Assembly: GCF_000181795.1 (NCBI RefSeq)
Contig: NW_003526941.1
Coordinates: 5,064,035-5,128,034 of the forward strand
DNA length: 64,000 nt
Origin: Trichinella spiralis
Lineage: Eukaryota
Direction of reading: 5' to 3'
Shown: in pieces, positions 48,240 through 60,655 of the stretch
Layout of the letters: every line of letters starts with the position of its first letter
How positions within the stretch are numbered: position 1 is the first letter of the stretch
Program-made: the position numbers and the translations under genes
The notes under the pieces: model-generated
Database searches by the model: none
What the model was told of the DNA's origin: nothing
Seen by the model: only the letters and a program-made list of their open reading frames with translations

Positions 48240-50870
48240 TTATTGAGTTTGTGGCTGCTTCAGTTGCTTGAGTTTCAGTTCTCGACGAAAATTTTTCTTC
48301 TCAGTTCTCATCAACATATTTTGGTACGTGTCGCGGAAAATCAACTTCAACACGGGCAAAATTTCCGTCAGAACCGCCAACTCGGCCAAACTGACACGCA
48401 TAAAGTCGAAAGCCAAGCCGATCGACTCGCTGCAATGGCGCTCGTCGACCAGCGGCAATTTGTTGTACCGACCGCTGAAGTGGGTCAACAGCGTAAAACC
48501 GGCCCCCATCGCTCGACCGACCGCGATCGCTTCGCTGATAGTGCTGTGCTTTTTGTCGACCGCCTCTTGGGCGAGATCGTCTTCCATCGTAGCTTCGTGG
48601 ATCAACAAATCCGCTCCCTGTCCGGCGCTGACCAACGCCGGACACGGTCTCGTGTCGCCCGAATAGACAACCGTCTTATTACCAACGGTGGTCAGCACAA
48701 GCCCGTGGGCGCCCATCGGATGCGCCACCGGCACGAATTCGAGCCGCTTCACATTCAACGACAACATTGCTTCTTGTAAATGTCTTTGAAGCAAACAAAC
48801 AAACAATTATAAAGTTATGAAAAGAAAGAAAGAAAGAAAAAACAATATATTTTCTTTTGCATACTTTTGCGACTGCTCGGTCAACGGATGCAAACGGTGC
48901 GTCAATATTGTTTTGCACAATTGTTTCACTGAACCGGAAAAACTTTCAAACATGGTCAAAATGTGCAGCAAATTTTGAGGTGCTACCAAAAAAACCGGTT
49001 CGTATTCAAGTTGACAATCTTGATAAGCCCGAAAACGACGTCGCAAAAATGTGGGCAAACCAAAAAAATGATCACCATGCATGTGACTGATGAAAATCAA
49101 CTTCACCGACCTGAGCAGTGGTCCAATTCCATCGGCGCCGTAGCGCAAGTATGCCTGACTGTAAGTCGACTCGCCGCAGTCGCACAACACGGCCGAACCG
49201 TCGTCCAAGTGGATCAACAATGCCGACACGTTGCGCGTTTTCACCGGCGACGCCGACGACGTGCCCAAAAAAGTCACCGCCGGATATTGGTCAATTTGGT
49301 CGCCAATTTGGCCGGAAAGACGTTCTTGAAAACGGCGCAACTCGTCAACTACCAACGGTTGACCGTCGATCGGTTCCAATATTGTCGCACGGTCGAACGA
49401 AGGAGCGCATTTGTACACCGAACCGGGCTCGGGTCGCAAGTTGAACCGAAGCCACGGTTCGCCGGCCACGGCAACAACCGACTGCCGGCCGGTGGTCAAC
49501 AGGAGCGGCGATCGAGTGTCGGCGACGGTCGCCTGGTCGTGCGTGCAAAGAAGCGGGAATATGGTCGAATGGACCCGGTTCAACTGGACGCTGAACCGGT
49601 ATATCGCTTCCGAATGGGGTCTGACCGGCGCCACGGCTTCGTTCAAAACCACGTGGCAAGTTTTCCCGTCCAATTCCACCATCCACCGCTGGTAGAAATC
49701 CGTCTCGTAGACTTGGGCGTCGGTCAAATGAACCACCGCGTCCAACGTTTCGCCCTGCCGAAGCAACCGCTCGATTGTAGACCGCTTCGGCGGCTCTTTG
49801 CCACGCGGGCATTCGACGACCACGAACGTCGGGCACGGGGTCGCCGGTTCCAACACGTCCGCCGACCGCACTGTCGTCCCGTCGTCCAGTTGGACATCGC
49901 AACCGGCTTGCAGGCGACCCAACAACGGACCAACTGGCACATTCAATTGCGCACATTTTTCCAACAACAATTTCGGCGATTTCTGTTTGATTCGGCAAAA
50001 ATAGGCGAACGTTGGCCGACGCTCGTCCGTCTTCTCTTCGCTGAACAAATACAACAAACCTACTTTTCAAATTATTCCTCTACTACAGTAGCGCAATTGA
50101 AATCAACATCTCGCACTCATTGTCAGTACATGTACACAACAGTAGGAAAGAAAGGAAAACAAATTCAACATTTAGAACGCTTATTCATACTGTACAACAA
50201 TCTGTAATGATGCAATCGAACGTACCTGCATTCTTCACCGCCAACCAACGGCAAATACTGTACTTGAATGGAATCGTCTTCGAAATGTGAATCATTGCAG
50301 TCGCAGTGTTCGATCACATTCAACGGCGGACCTGACCAATCGGAAACTTGCTCAGCTCCTCGGACAATTTTCGTAATTGCCTGCGCACCGTGCAGATGAA
50401 GCTCCGCGCATCCGGCTTTGCGCAACGACAAAATCAACCCATTCAAACCGTTCACGTTGTCCCAGCACGCGCGCGTGTAGAAAACATGATTCAGACGACT
50501 ATTTTTCACACCGTGCTCGCAGAACAGCCGTTCCGTACCTTCGGGTGAATTGAACAAATAAACTGACGAAGTGGTGAACAAGATCAGACATTTTCCGCGA
50601 CCATGACAGCCACTTTGGATGATCTGAATGCAAATTAATTATCATTCAAATTCAACCAACCCAAAGAAAGCGAATAACAATCACCTCGAAATACGCAGTT
50701 GCCGGCCCAGTGTACGATGTGCGATATAAACGAGCACGCTTGCTCGTTGATTCAGGTGATGGTGGCATTGTGCTCAGCAATCTGATATTCAACCACACGC
50801 TTGATGAAGATGGCCAAATTGAACAACGTTTCTTTGTCAAAGCAAATATCAGTTGTTGAAAATATATCAT
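48240..50870 (-). CDS. ELAC2: tRNase Z, long form (4 exons, about 767 aa)
   Basis: Exons 50870-50685, 50623-50226, 50040-48865, 48783-48240. YLFNSPEGTER, VPVGP exosite, FLGTSSASPVKTRNVS, DCGES, SHMHGDH, YSGDTRPC, LIHEAT, LTHFSGRY. Confidence 0.96.
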
Positions 50871-52104
50871 CCGTGACCACCGATATCATGCAAATTAATT
50901 ACAGTCACCATTTTCTTTCCACATCTCAATGCTTGAAAAATAGACAATCTGTCATTTTCACATTTTTAGTTTCACGAATTACTCAACGAATTACTGTAAG
51001 CTTTGAAATGTAGGTACAAACATCGCGTAGAATAAAGCAATTGGAAATATTGCATTTATCAAAGAAAACTTTTGATCATAAAAAATTGTTTTCTTTTCAA
51101 AACTCATATTAATAAGCAAATTGGTTGCTGTCACTGTAAACAAATGAATATCTTCTGATAATCAAGTTAGTTGACTGTAATTTGTTGTGGATGTTAATTC
51201 ATCGTCCGCTCGAGATTTTTCATCTCCGTTTGCAAGTTTGGTTGAGCTATTGTCTCTGCGTATTTTATGGATAATTTTTCCTCAGTATAAATGTCACTCT
51301 GCTACTCATACATGATGCGTCCGGTAAGACGAACTTTATACAGAACATGCGATAATCACTAGCATGATTTCAATTTGCACCTGCCAAGCGCGTACACAGA
51401 CAGAGCTAGCTATGATTAACAAAACGGCTTTATTGTACTCAAAATACATATCAATTTCTGATGTAACTGCATTGCCTTTTCATAAATCAATCATAAAGCA
51501 AACTTTGCATGTTAATTAAATATAGGCTGAATGATATATAAATAAACAAACGTGTAATCTAATGGACATCGATTACAAAACATCAACTTTATATAAATTT
51601 AATGTTTACATTAACAAATTATACCCTGGTCATCAACTAAGCATTTATTAATTGGTAATGAATTTCAGTGATATTCAATATATTCAATGAAAAACTAATT
51701 ATTAATAGCTTTGTTTTATTATTTTGTTGTAATGTTGAACATTTGAACATTTAATTAAGAATTCTGAAATCGAACGGTGCGCAATAGGACTAGGCAAATT
51801 TGAATTGTATTTTCATTTCATGTTTTTATGGCATTTTTACAAATAAAATTAATTGAAAATCTGTATATTCATATGTTTTTTTAATTAAAGTTTTCTTTCC
51901 AATTTTTAAAACATTTTATGTATAATGCAACATGATTGCCTCTTACTGTACATTTCATGTAAGAATTTCAGCTCTATAAGTATGTTGCTTCATTGTTGTT
52001 TTATTTGGCCATACATTGTTGTCTGTCAATTATAGTTTTGTAGTTGCAATGGGCACATAAGATCAAACTAGGCTGGTACTGGCCTTGTGCATAACCTTCA
52101 TCCC

Positions 52105-55100
52105 ATGGAATCAAGTAAAAATTAAAAAGGATATTTGAAACTTCTTATTAATTAATGAATAATTTTCAGCGGTACCTGACAATTCAGGCGTATATTTTAA
52201 AAATCTCAACAACTGGGTACACTGTTTTTGTGCATTAACTTTTGATCTGGAAGTTGGTCAATCACTCGAGGTAGCATACTTTGATTTGTTGTTATTTTCA
52301 ATGATGATTCTTCTTTTCAGATCAAATATCCAAATGAAGCGGAACTGACGAAAACCGAAGTACCATCTTTTGAATTATTATAATAATTATTGAACTAATA
52401 TACATTATAAATTATAAAATCGGTTTTATTTTCATACGAAATATTTTTAGGTTTTAAATATATGTTATTTGTCTTTTCCTGATTCTAATTCGGGTAATAT
52501 ACGTATCTGTTTATTTATTCAATATGTTCTTAATTTGAAAATATTTCCAGACTGTCTTGGAGATACGCAGTTTTATTTCCGAATTCGAAGATCTTCTCGA
52601 GGTAAAGAAATTACAAATCCACAGCTTGTTCAATATAACAAAATGTGTCCAAGTGCATTAGAAGCAAGTTTTGATAATTGGCAATTTGAATAATGAAATG
52701 AATGACATTGAAATATTTCAGATTGACCCAGATTATTTTTTTGGTTTTGTTTTTTTTCGACAAGTTAAAGACTCTTCTCTGCCACGTGGTTACTTCCAAA
52801 AAGTATTTTTTAAAATTATTTTTAAGGAAATTAACTTGATTTGTTGTTTTTAGTCAATTGTTCTGCTAACTCAGCTGCCTTTGGTAAATTTTTACCAGTT
52901 TGTTGTATGCAAAATTGCCCCAGCTTTTTTTTCCGCCGGTTTGCCGTTAATTGAAGCAGGTAAGCATGTTCAATTAAAAACTAAATTTTGTTTTGAAAAT
53001 AACGTATCTTTTATTTTTTGCTAGAAAAATTCAGTTAATGAAGCATCATTTTGTTGGTTGATATTTTAAAAAAGGGAATATGTATTTTTTAAATTAATAT
53101 TTTAATGTAATTTTGATTTAAATTTTCCATTTATCCAGTTGTGTGCGATCTTTTTATTATAAATAATAACAGTGGAGTGCTGTTTTTTTTAATTTGGAAA
53201 GATTTATAACGCTGTAATTTTTCAAGCTGAAGGTAGTCTAGAATAAAATTGTGATACGGTAGTTACAAAAAACAGGAAAGATTTTCACGTACAGTTATTT
53301 TTTGTATACTATTGTTATTTATTACAATGATAAACACACGAATCACAGTTGCATAGTTTACAATAGAATATATTACTTATTATAATTGAATACTGCTTTA
53401 TGTTTGATGTAGTTAATGTCTAGTGTTTTAGTGAGTCAAGAAATGAATCACTGGGAACCACCAGTGCCGGGTGCATTGTTAAATTTGCCACTCATGGGAT
53501 CTGTTATTAAGGTAATTAAATGACATTTGAAAATTAGTTGTCATCTGAAATTGAACTGTTGCTTATAGTTACGTTTACCTTCTCGCCTTGATAAGCCTGG
53601 TGTTAGAGAAGATCTTATTGGTTTACAAAAAGTAATTTTTTTCATTCTTAATAAAATATATTGCTTCTTATTTTTGTTTCAGATGAATGAAAGTTGTTAT
53701 ACACTTTTAAATGTTTATGAACCAGATTTATATGAGTAAGAAAATTTTATTATGAAAAACGATATTGTGATTTTTTACGCATGTAATTTTAGGTGCCTTT
53801 CTTTATATTTACCTCATTTGCATATGCTTTGGGAACTGGTTCTCCTTGGCGAGGCAATATTTCAGATTTGGGTTAAAATATACATACATTTATTTATTTA
53901 AATAATATACATTTTAGCCAATTGTTATTATGGCTCCATCGCCTGATGTTTCATCGGTTGTAGTTCAGAGCCTGATCAGTCTCATTTGGCCTTTGCAATA
54001 CCGGTATGATTACAGGCCTTATTTTACTATTCAAGATAGTGATTTCAAAGAATATTTGCTCTCTCAGCCAGGAATACAGTAAATTAATTGAATTGTATTC
54101 TTCTTTTCTGATTATTTATTATTAAGAATGGTATAATTTTAGACATCACGTAATTCTTGGTACTACCAATCTGTACTTTATTAAAGCAATGGAAAATTGG
54201 CCACACGTTTTGCGTTTATCAACAGATTCAAAGAGGAAAGGAAGTACACGAAAAATAGTTGCAATTTTACTATTGTTTTTTGATGATTTGATTGGGATTT
54301 TTAGAGCGAACTTCTGGAGCGCATAAAATTCGCAGGCACATTGGTTTGAAAGGAATGGAAGAAAAATCTGGTAAATGTTACTTCAATTTCATGGCAGCAA
54401 GTATTGAAATGTAATATTTTTGGAGGCCTTTTTTCTAAATATAAATGTCTGTTATCAAAACACGGTGTTCTGATGAAAAAGTTAATGAAGGTGAGTGAAA
54501 GCAAGTAATTAAAAAAAATTTATTCTTAGCAATATGAATTTTAAGGGAATTCATACTAATCGACCGAAGGAAGCGCAGAGTATGATGATTCGTCGACACT
54601 TTATGGACTTAACTCACAGTTTTTTGTTTCCTTTGGTAAGCTGAATTTGATTTTAATGTTTAAAGTGATTTTTAAAATATTTTCAGGAACAGTATGTAGC
54701 GAATACGATGCCACTGCAAAAGGATATTTCACCTTGGAAAGTATGTTGAATAATATAAATATTAAGCATGATATGATTGTTATTCTTTTTGTTGATATCT
54801 GTAGGATGCACCTCGATTACGAGAATTTGACAAAGAAGAATTTTTAAAGTTTGTCGAAAATGCTGACTTGCCCTCTCGTACTGGTATCAAAGGGGATTGG
54901 ATCAGCTTATATAGGTAAATATTTTGTGTATTTTATTTTCAATGAAATTTTGTAATAATAGATTATTTTGCAATACGAAAACTTTCACTTACTGGTTAAA
55001 GCAAAGGCAAACAGAGGTGAACACGCGGTTGCGTATGCTTCATTTGGAAGCTTTGGCTGGAGCTGTGAGAATTTAATCAAAATATTTTATGAATTGAAAA

Positions 55101-55401
55101 AATATTAATTTTATTAATTGAAATTTCATTTTTTTTTCTTCTCTAGACTGTGGATTGTACTTTGCAATCGAAAATTGAAGTTGAGGTGGTTGATTTCATT
55201 TTGAAACTACGTGACGCTTTGGTATTCAAATGTTTTCTTTTTAACGATTTTTTTGGTTTTTCTTTTTTGTCATTTTAGAACTTTGCCGAATCTCATCGTG
55301 AATTGGTGAACGAGGAGTTATTGTGCAGGGTGAATGACCATTATCGTAAAGCGCTTCAATACGTTCGAGAAGATCTACGTTCACTGCTTGATAGAGAATA
55401 A
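52105..55401 (+). CDS. DENND6: DENN-domain protein DENND6/FAM116 (many short exons)
   Basis: [111 protein letters not shown]. Confidence 0.93.
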
Positions 55402-55610
55402 TAATAATAATAATACGATTTTAATTAAGGCACTTAAGTCATATGCAGTATAAATTTCATATTCGTCATATGCCAATATGAATAAAAATTATGTCGTGTT
55501 TAGTTAGTGAATTTGCAATATTTTAGACAAGGAATTGCCTGTTTGCTTATTATATCATAATTTTTTTTCAAATCACTTGTTTTATGTATATGTTTTTCAA
55601 ATTGCAGAAA

Positions 55611-56905
55611 ATGTTCATTTCTCAGACATTGTCAATTGGCATGACGTTGTGGCGGAAGAAGGTTTTCCAATCTGCTGCTGTTATGGTCAGGCGTTGCTAC
55701 TGTAAAAAATTAGGACCAATTGACGAAGAATGTGAAGAGGTGAAAGCTTGGCGTGGGCAGTTGACCGATGCGGAACAAGAACGTCTTAAAGTGGCCATTT
55801 ATGAATACAATCTTTACAAATATGCCGACGCGACATTGCCAAGCAATTTGAATGTGTCGCATTTGCGTAAACTGTTGCTGATGGACACCAAAACACTTCG
55901 TTTGAAATATTTGACTTACTTGGGTAAAAAAGAGAAGAGGCATGTCAGGGAGGAGGAAAAGAAGAGAGAGAAAATTGAACTGGGTAAGCAAATCAAGGAG
56001 AAAATCCAAGCAGAACGTGCCAACGCCAAGCATATCACTTATGCACTTGGCCACAATTTTATCATGCGCAGAATAATTGATACGACCATGAATAAGTGAG
56101 TTTGCGTAGCACGAATTAAATTAAATTAATTTTGTCATATAAATAAACAAATGAGCATTTTGTTTTGAAGAATCGATGATGCGCGTTTGATTTTTGCATC
56201 AATGTTCGCCCCGAAAATAGTGTTCGACATGGGCTTTTTGTCTGAATTGTCACCAATTGAAACCGACCTGACTTGGATTCAACTGCGGGAAGCTTATTAC
56301 GTGAATCGGAACCACCATACCCCGTTTGCTGTTCACCTCACCGATTGCAATTTCCACCACCCCTCCTGGTCAGAATCGCAACGTTATTTCATGGGCGGTC
56401 TGCCAACGTACATGCTGGACATGGATTCGGAAAATTTCACTAAGCTGTACGATCCTCGACAACTGGTCTACTTGTCACCAGATGCACGCAAGATGCTTGA
56501 TTCAGTCGAGCCGGACAAAGTTTACATCATTGGGGCGATGGTCGACAAGCCGAACAAAACCAATTGTACCCTTGGAAAAGCGAAACAGTTCAACATTGCA
56601 GCGGCTAAATTGCCAATCGATAAATATGTCAAGTCAGGATATGAATTATGATTATTTATTTTTTTTTGTTTATGTTCATTACAGAATAATTGATGTTCAG
56701 GTGGGAATGCGGTTCGAAATCGTTGACATTGAATCAAGTGTTGAGCATATTACTTGAAGTGAATTCCAACGGTGGTGACTGGGCGGCAGCTTTTTTGAAA
56801 CATGTTCCCAAACGGAAACTCGTCGCCAAAGATACTCGCGTCTCGAAATTGATTCGGCAACAAAATCGAGAACGAGAAGAATATATGCTTTCATTGCATC
56901 AATGA
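55611..56905 (+). CDS. TRMT10C: Mitochondrial TRM10 methyltransferase / RNase P protein 1 (3 exons, about 383 aa)
   Basis: Exons 55611-56095, 56171-56632, 56701-56905. Arg-rich presequence, KYLTYLGKKE, MFAPKIVFDMGF, LVYLSPDA, VYIIGAMVDK, AKLPIDKYV, KSLTLNQV, HVPKRK. Confidence 0.9.
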
Positions 56906-57399
56906 AACTTCTTCACAATCGGTTATTTTCAATTTATTAGCAAATTTTTTGCATACATACACACATATCAACTAGTGGAACTGTGTTAATAAAATTATTT
57001 ATAGGCAGTTTGAGAAATTATACCAAAGAATAAATCAAAAATCAACGCACAAACTTATGAGCGCACATGCGCGATTGATTAACTTCTTGCAAACTAGCAG
57101 CCGCTAGCTTGAACGTGAAAGCAAGAACAACAATTGGCGTGTGGGGGTATTGATTTTGCACACGTTCGATCAGAGAGAAGCAGCGGTAGTTGATTAGCCA
57201 TCTTCTTGAAAAGTTGAAAACAGGTTGAATGGAATTTTTGCGATTAGCTTCTGCGGTTGACTTGAGCAGTTGGTTTCTGAAATCCAACTGATCAATGGGA
57301 TTATAATTCGAATAGAAAACTAAAAAGCAAAGGTGAATTGAAACAAAAAAGAAGTATTGTGTGTTCTTAGATAAAAGTTGAAAAAAGCACTTACTCGCT

Positions 57400-58095
57400 T
57401 CATTCGTCATTGGGAAAACTTGGAAGGCCGAATTGTTCGGGACTGAAATCTAACAGTGACTCTATGCAAAGTGTTGCTCGTTGTCGAAGTTCAGTGCTCA
57501 TTCGACGATCAGGAACCATCACCACTTGCATGCCTGCTTTCAAAGCTGCTTCCACGCCGTTGATTGCATCTTCAAAAACTAGCACTTTTTCAGTCAGAGG
57601 CGGTTCTGCAAAACGTGAGTTGCAAATCAAAAAGCAATCCGGATTCGGTTTTCCATGCTTCACTTCTGGATCATCCGATGTGAATAGGCAATGATGAAAT
57701 TTTGAGAACACTTGCTGATGATTTTGACTCTTGATACGATAGAAATATTCCTTCGAACCAGTACACAGTGCCATCGGTATCCGATGATTATGCAAATGAT
57801 TAACCAGACGTTCTGCGCCTGGCATCAGTTGACAATGGGGAAACAGTTTTTCCAAGTGACTGTTCACTTCAGCAAGCATTTCATCTAAACTCACTGGCAA
57901 TTTGTATTCATCGATCACCAACTGGAAACCTTCACGTTGAGTACGTCCCATCTGACGGCACTTTAACTCCCACGTGAAAGTTTTGCCGAATTTACGCAAA
58001 TACGCGTCTTGAGCTTCTGTGTAATAATCTTCAGTATTCAACAACAAACCATCCATATCAAATATTACGTGGCTAACTTTTTTGAAAGTCGTCAT
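57400..58095 (-). CDS. PUDP: HAD-family pseudouridine-5-phosphatase (HDHD1/GS1-like), single coding exon, 231 aa
   Basis: IFDMDGLLLNTE, MPGAERLVNHL, DDPEVKHGKPNPD, LVFEDAINGVEAA..AGMQVVMVPD, SLLDFSPEQFGLP. Confidence 0.93.
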   Translation of the reverse strand: MTTFKKVSHVIFDMDGLLLNTEDYYTEAQDAYLRKFGKTFTWELKCRQMGRTQREGFQLVIDEYKLPVSLDEMLAEVNSHLEKLFPHCQLMPGAERLVNHLHNHRIPMALCTGSKEYFYRIKSQNHQQVFSKFHHCLFTSDDPEVKHGKPNPDCFLICNSRFAEPPLTEKVLVFEDAINGVEAALKAGMQVVMVPDRRMSTELRQRATLCIESLLDFSPEQFGLPSFPNDE

Positions 58096-58626
58096 GACGT
58101 TTCAGTAAACAGCCAACTCTTTCAAAATGCACAAAATCATCTATAAGATCTTCAAAACTAGTCTTGATTTTCTTTAATTTACAGCAAGATTCTGAAAAAT
58201 AAGCTCTGTCACAAATGTTATATGTTATAAATAAATGTTATATTTGGAGAAAAATTACAAATATGATCAGACCCTTCTATTTCTGGGTAATTGTCGTTCA
58301 CTTACATCATGTCCAAACTGAATTTCCATGCAAAAGTCCATCTAATTTGTGAATGGTGTTCAGAGAAAATATTTTCCAATAGAAAAAGCCATGAATGTAA
58401 GTATATGAATTATTATTACTCACTGGCAATGTTTAAATTAAAAGCTTGCTTAAATTTTTGTCCCATTCGGTTTTTTGATCACACTAGCATTAAAAAATTG
58501 TTGTTCACGAAATATTAAGAATGAAAAAATATACCATAATTAAAAAATAATTTAATTTTAAAATATAATTTTAATTACAAAAAACCCAATTTATTTACAA
58601 TTTCTTAACTTTCATACAATAAGGCA

Positions 58627-58641
58627 TACTGTATTACAGTA
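58627..58641. promoter_or_regulatory. Palindromic TACTGTA-T-TACAGTA element in the divergent PUDP/RPS23 promoter
   Basis: Perfect inverted pair 57 nt upstream of the RPS23 ATG; the heptamer recurs in most promoters of the window. Confidence 0.55.
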
Positions 58642-58697
58642 AGAAAATTGTTAGTTGTCGAAGTAAACCAATTGGCGGATAACGAAAGTTTAACAAT

Positions 58698-59312
<615 letters not shown>

Positions 59313-59440
59313 AGTGATTTTCAAGTTCAACATTTGCAAAGTAAAACTGTTTTTGGTTAATGAATGCGTTTTGTTCATTTTGAAGAGAGTTGTTCAGTTT
59401 ATTTAACAACAGCACCGTCATAAAATAATAATGTTTAACA

Positions 59441-60655
59441 TCACTGATCTAATTTTGTTTTTTTCGTCTTTGCACTGGGACTAACATCACTGTCAGTAGA
59501 GTCAAAAATCACCGCATGGTATTCACCGTCGCACAAATTGTTACGCAGGTTGTTCCTTATTTTGCGTAAGATAGAACGCGAAGTGTCAAGATCGTCGCTA
59601 TCGCAAGAATCGCTGCAAAAAGATGCAGTCGGAAAATCACTCAGTTCGTCGTCTCCTGAAAAATAGAAGAATAGTAATAATAGATAATGAATGAATGAAA
59701 TAATAGAATAAAGCAATTATTCACCGTCTCTACCATGGTCGCAACTACTGACGTTATCCTCTGAATCACTGCTTGGAACTGTATGACTAAGAAGTAAACA
59801 ATGCTTCACATGAACAAAGAAAAAGCGAAAACAAAAACATTTTATACCTGTCATCGTGTTCCATACTGCTTTCCGAACAGATACGTTTCGGAACGCGTAA
59901 ACATGCACCAAATGGAATAAAACGACTAGCGGGCAAATTATCCACTTCCATGTTTGTTTCAGTTTTACTAAAACGTTTAACTTGAAACAGTCTAACGTTA
60001 ACGAAACATGAAGATTTACCCGGCTGGCAAACAGGAATCCACAACCATACGCTTTATTGGTTTCCTTCGACGATATGTTTTCCTTTTTTGTGAAGTGTCC
60101 ATGATGCTGTCGGGTTCGACATGAGAATTTGCCCGACGACGTCCAACCTGTCTATGAAAAGGTAAGACGTATCGAGAGCTGATTTCGTTTTCACTGTCAC
60201 TGTTGTCAGCGGTATTCTAAAAAGTGTCAGAAATCTTAAATTCAAATATAGAATTGCAAGTATTTACAACTGTGTGCACATACATTCTTTGCACCCTCGC
60301 CTGAGCTCATTCCTGAAGTATGTAGTTGCTCTAAATGGGCTGATCTAGCCATAGATGATGTAGCACTCTCTGCATTCATTGGAATTCTCGGTCGACGTCT
60401 CACCTAGTGATAGGCAGATGATCCATTTGCGTATATTATGGCAGATACGTTTCTTTTAGAATACAATTGGAAATGTACAAATATATAAATTAAGCGCATA
60501 CATATGTATATGTATACCTTTCTCACGGTCGTCGAATTGGAATGTGTTGGACGCTCACCGAAAAATCTATCAAGAGCATTGATGAGATCTGACAAGTTAT
60601 TGGTAAAAGGATCCCGATGGCTGTGAATTCTGTTTATGTCACTGTCATCACCCAT
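59441..60655 (-). CDS. Uncharacterised Ser/Asp-rich, probably disordered protein (6 exons, about 283 aa)
   Basis: Exons 60655-60518, 60403-60284, 60216-60020, 59967-59848, 59786-59725, 59655-59441 join in frame at GT-AG sites. Confidence 0.75.

Noticed and set aside
47102..50207. Long plus-strand ORFs of 293, 178 and 414 aa
   Set aside because: Antisense shadows of GC-rich TRMT10A and ELAC2 exons
51159..51483. Possible small minus-strand gene upstream of ELAC2
   Set aside because: Joining the candidate exons gives an early stop and no recognisable product
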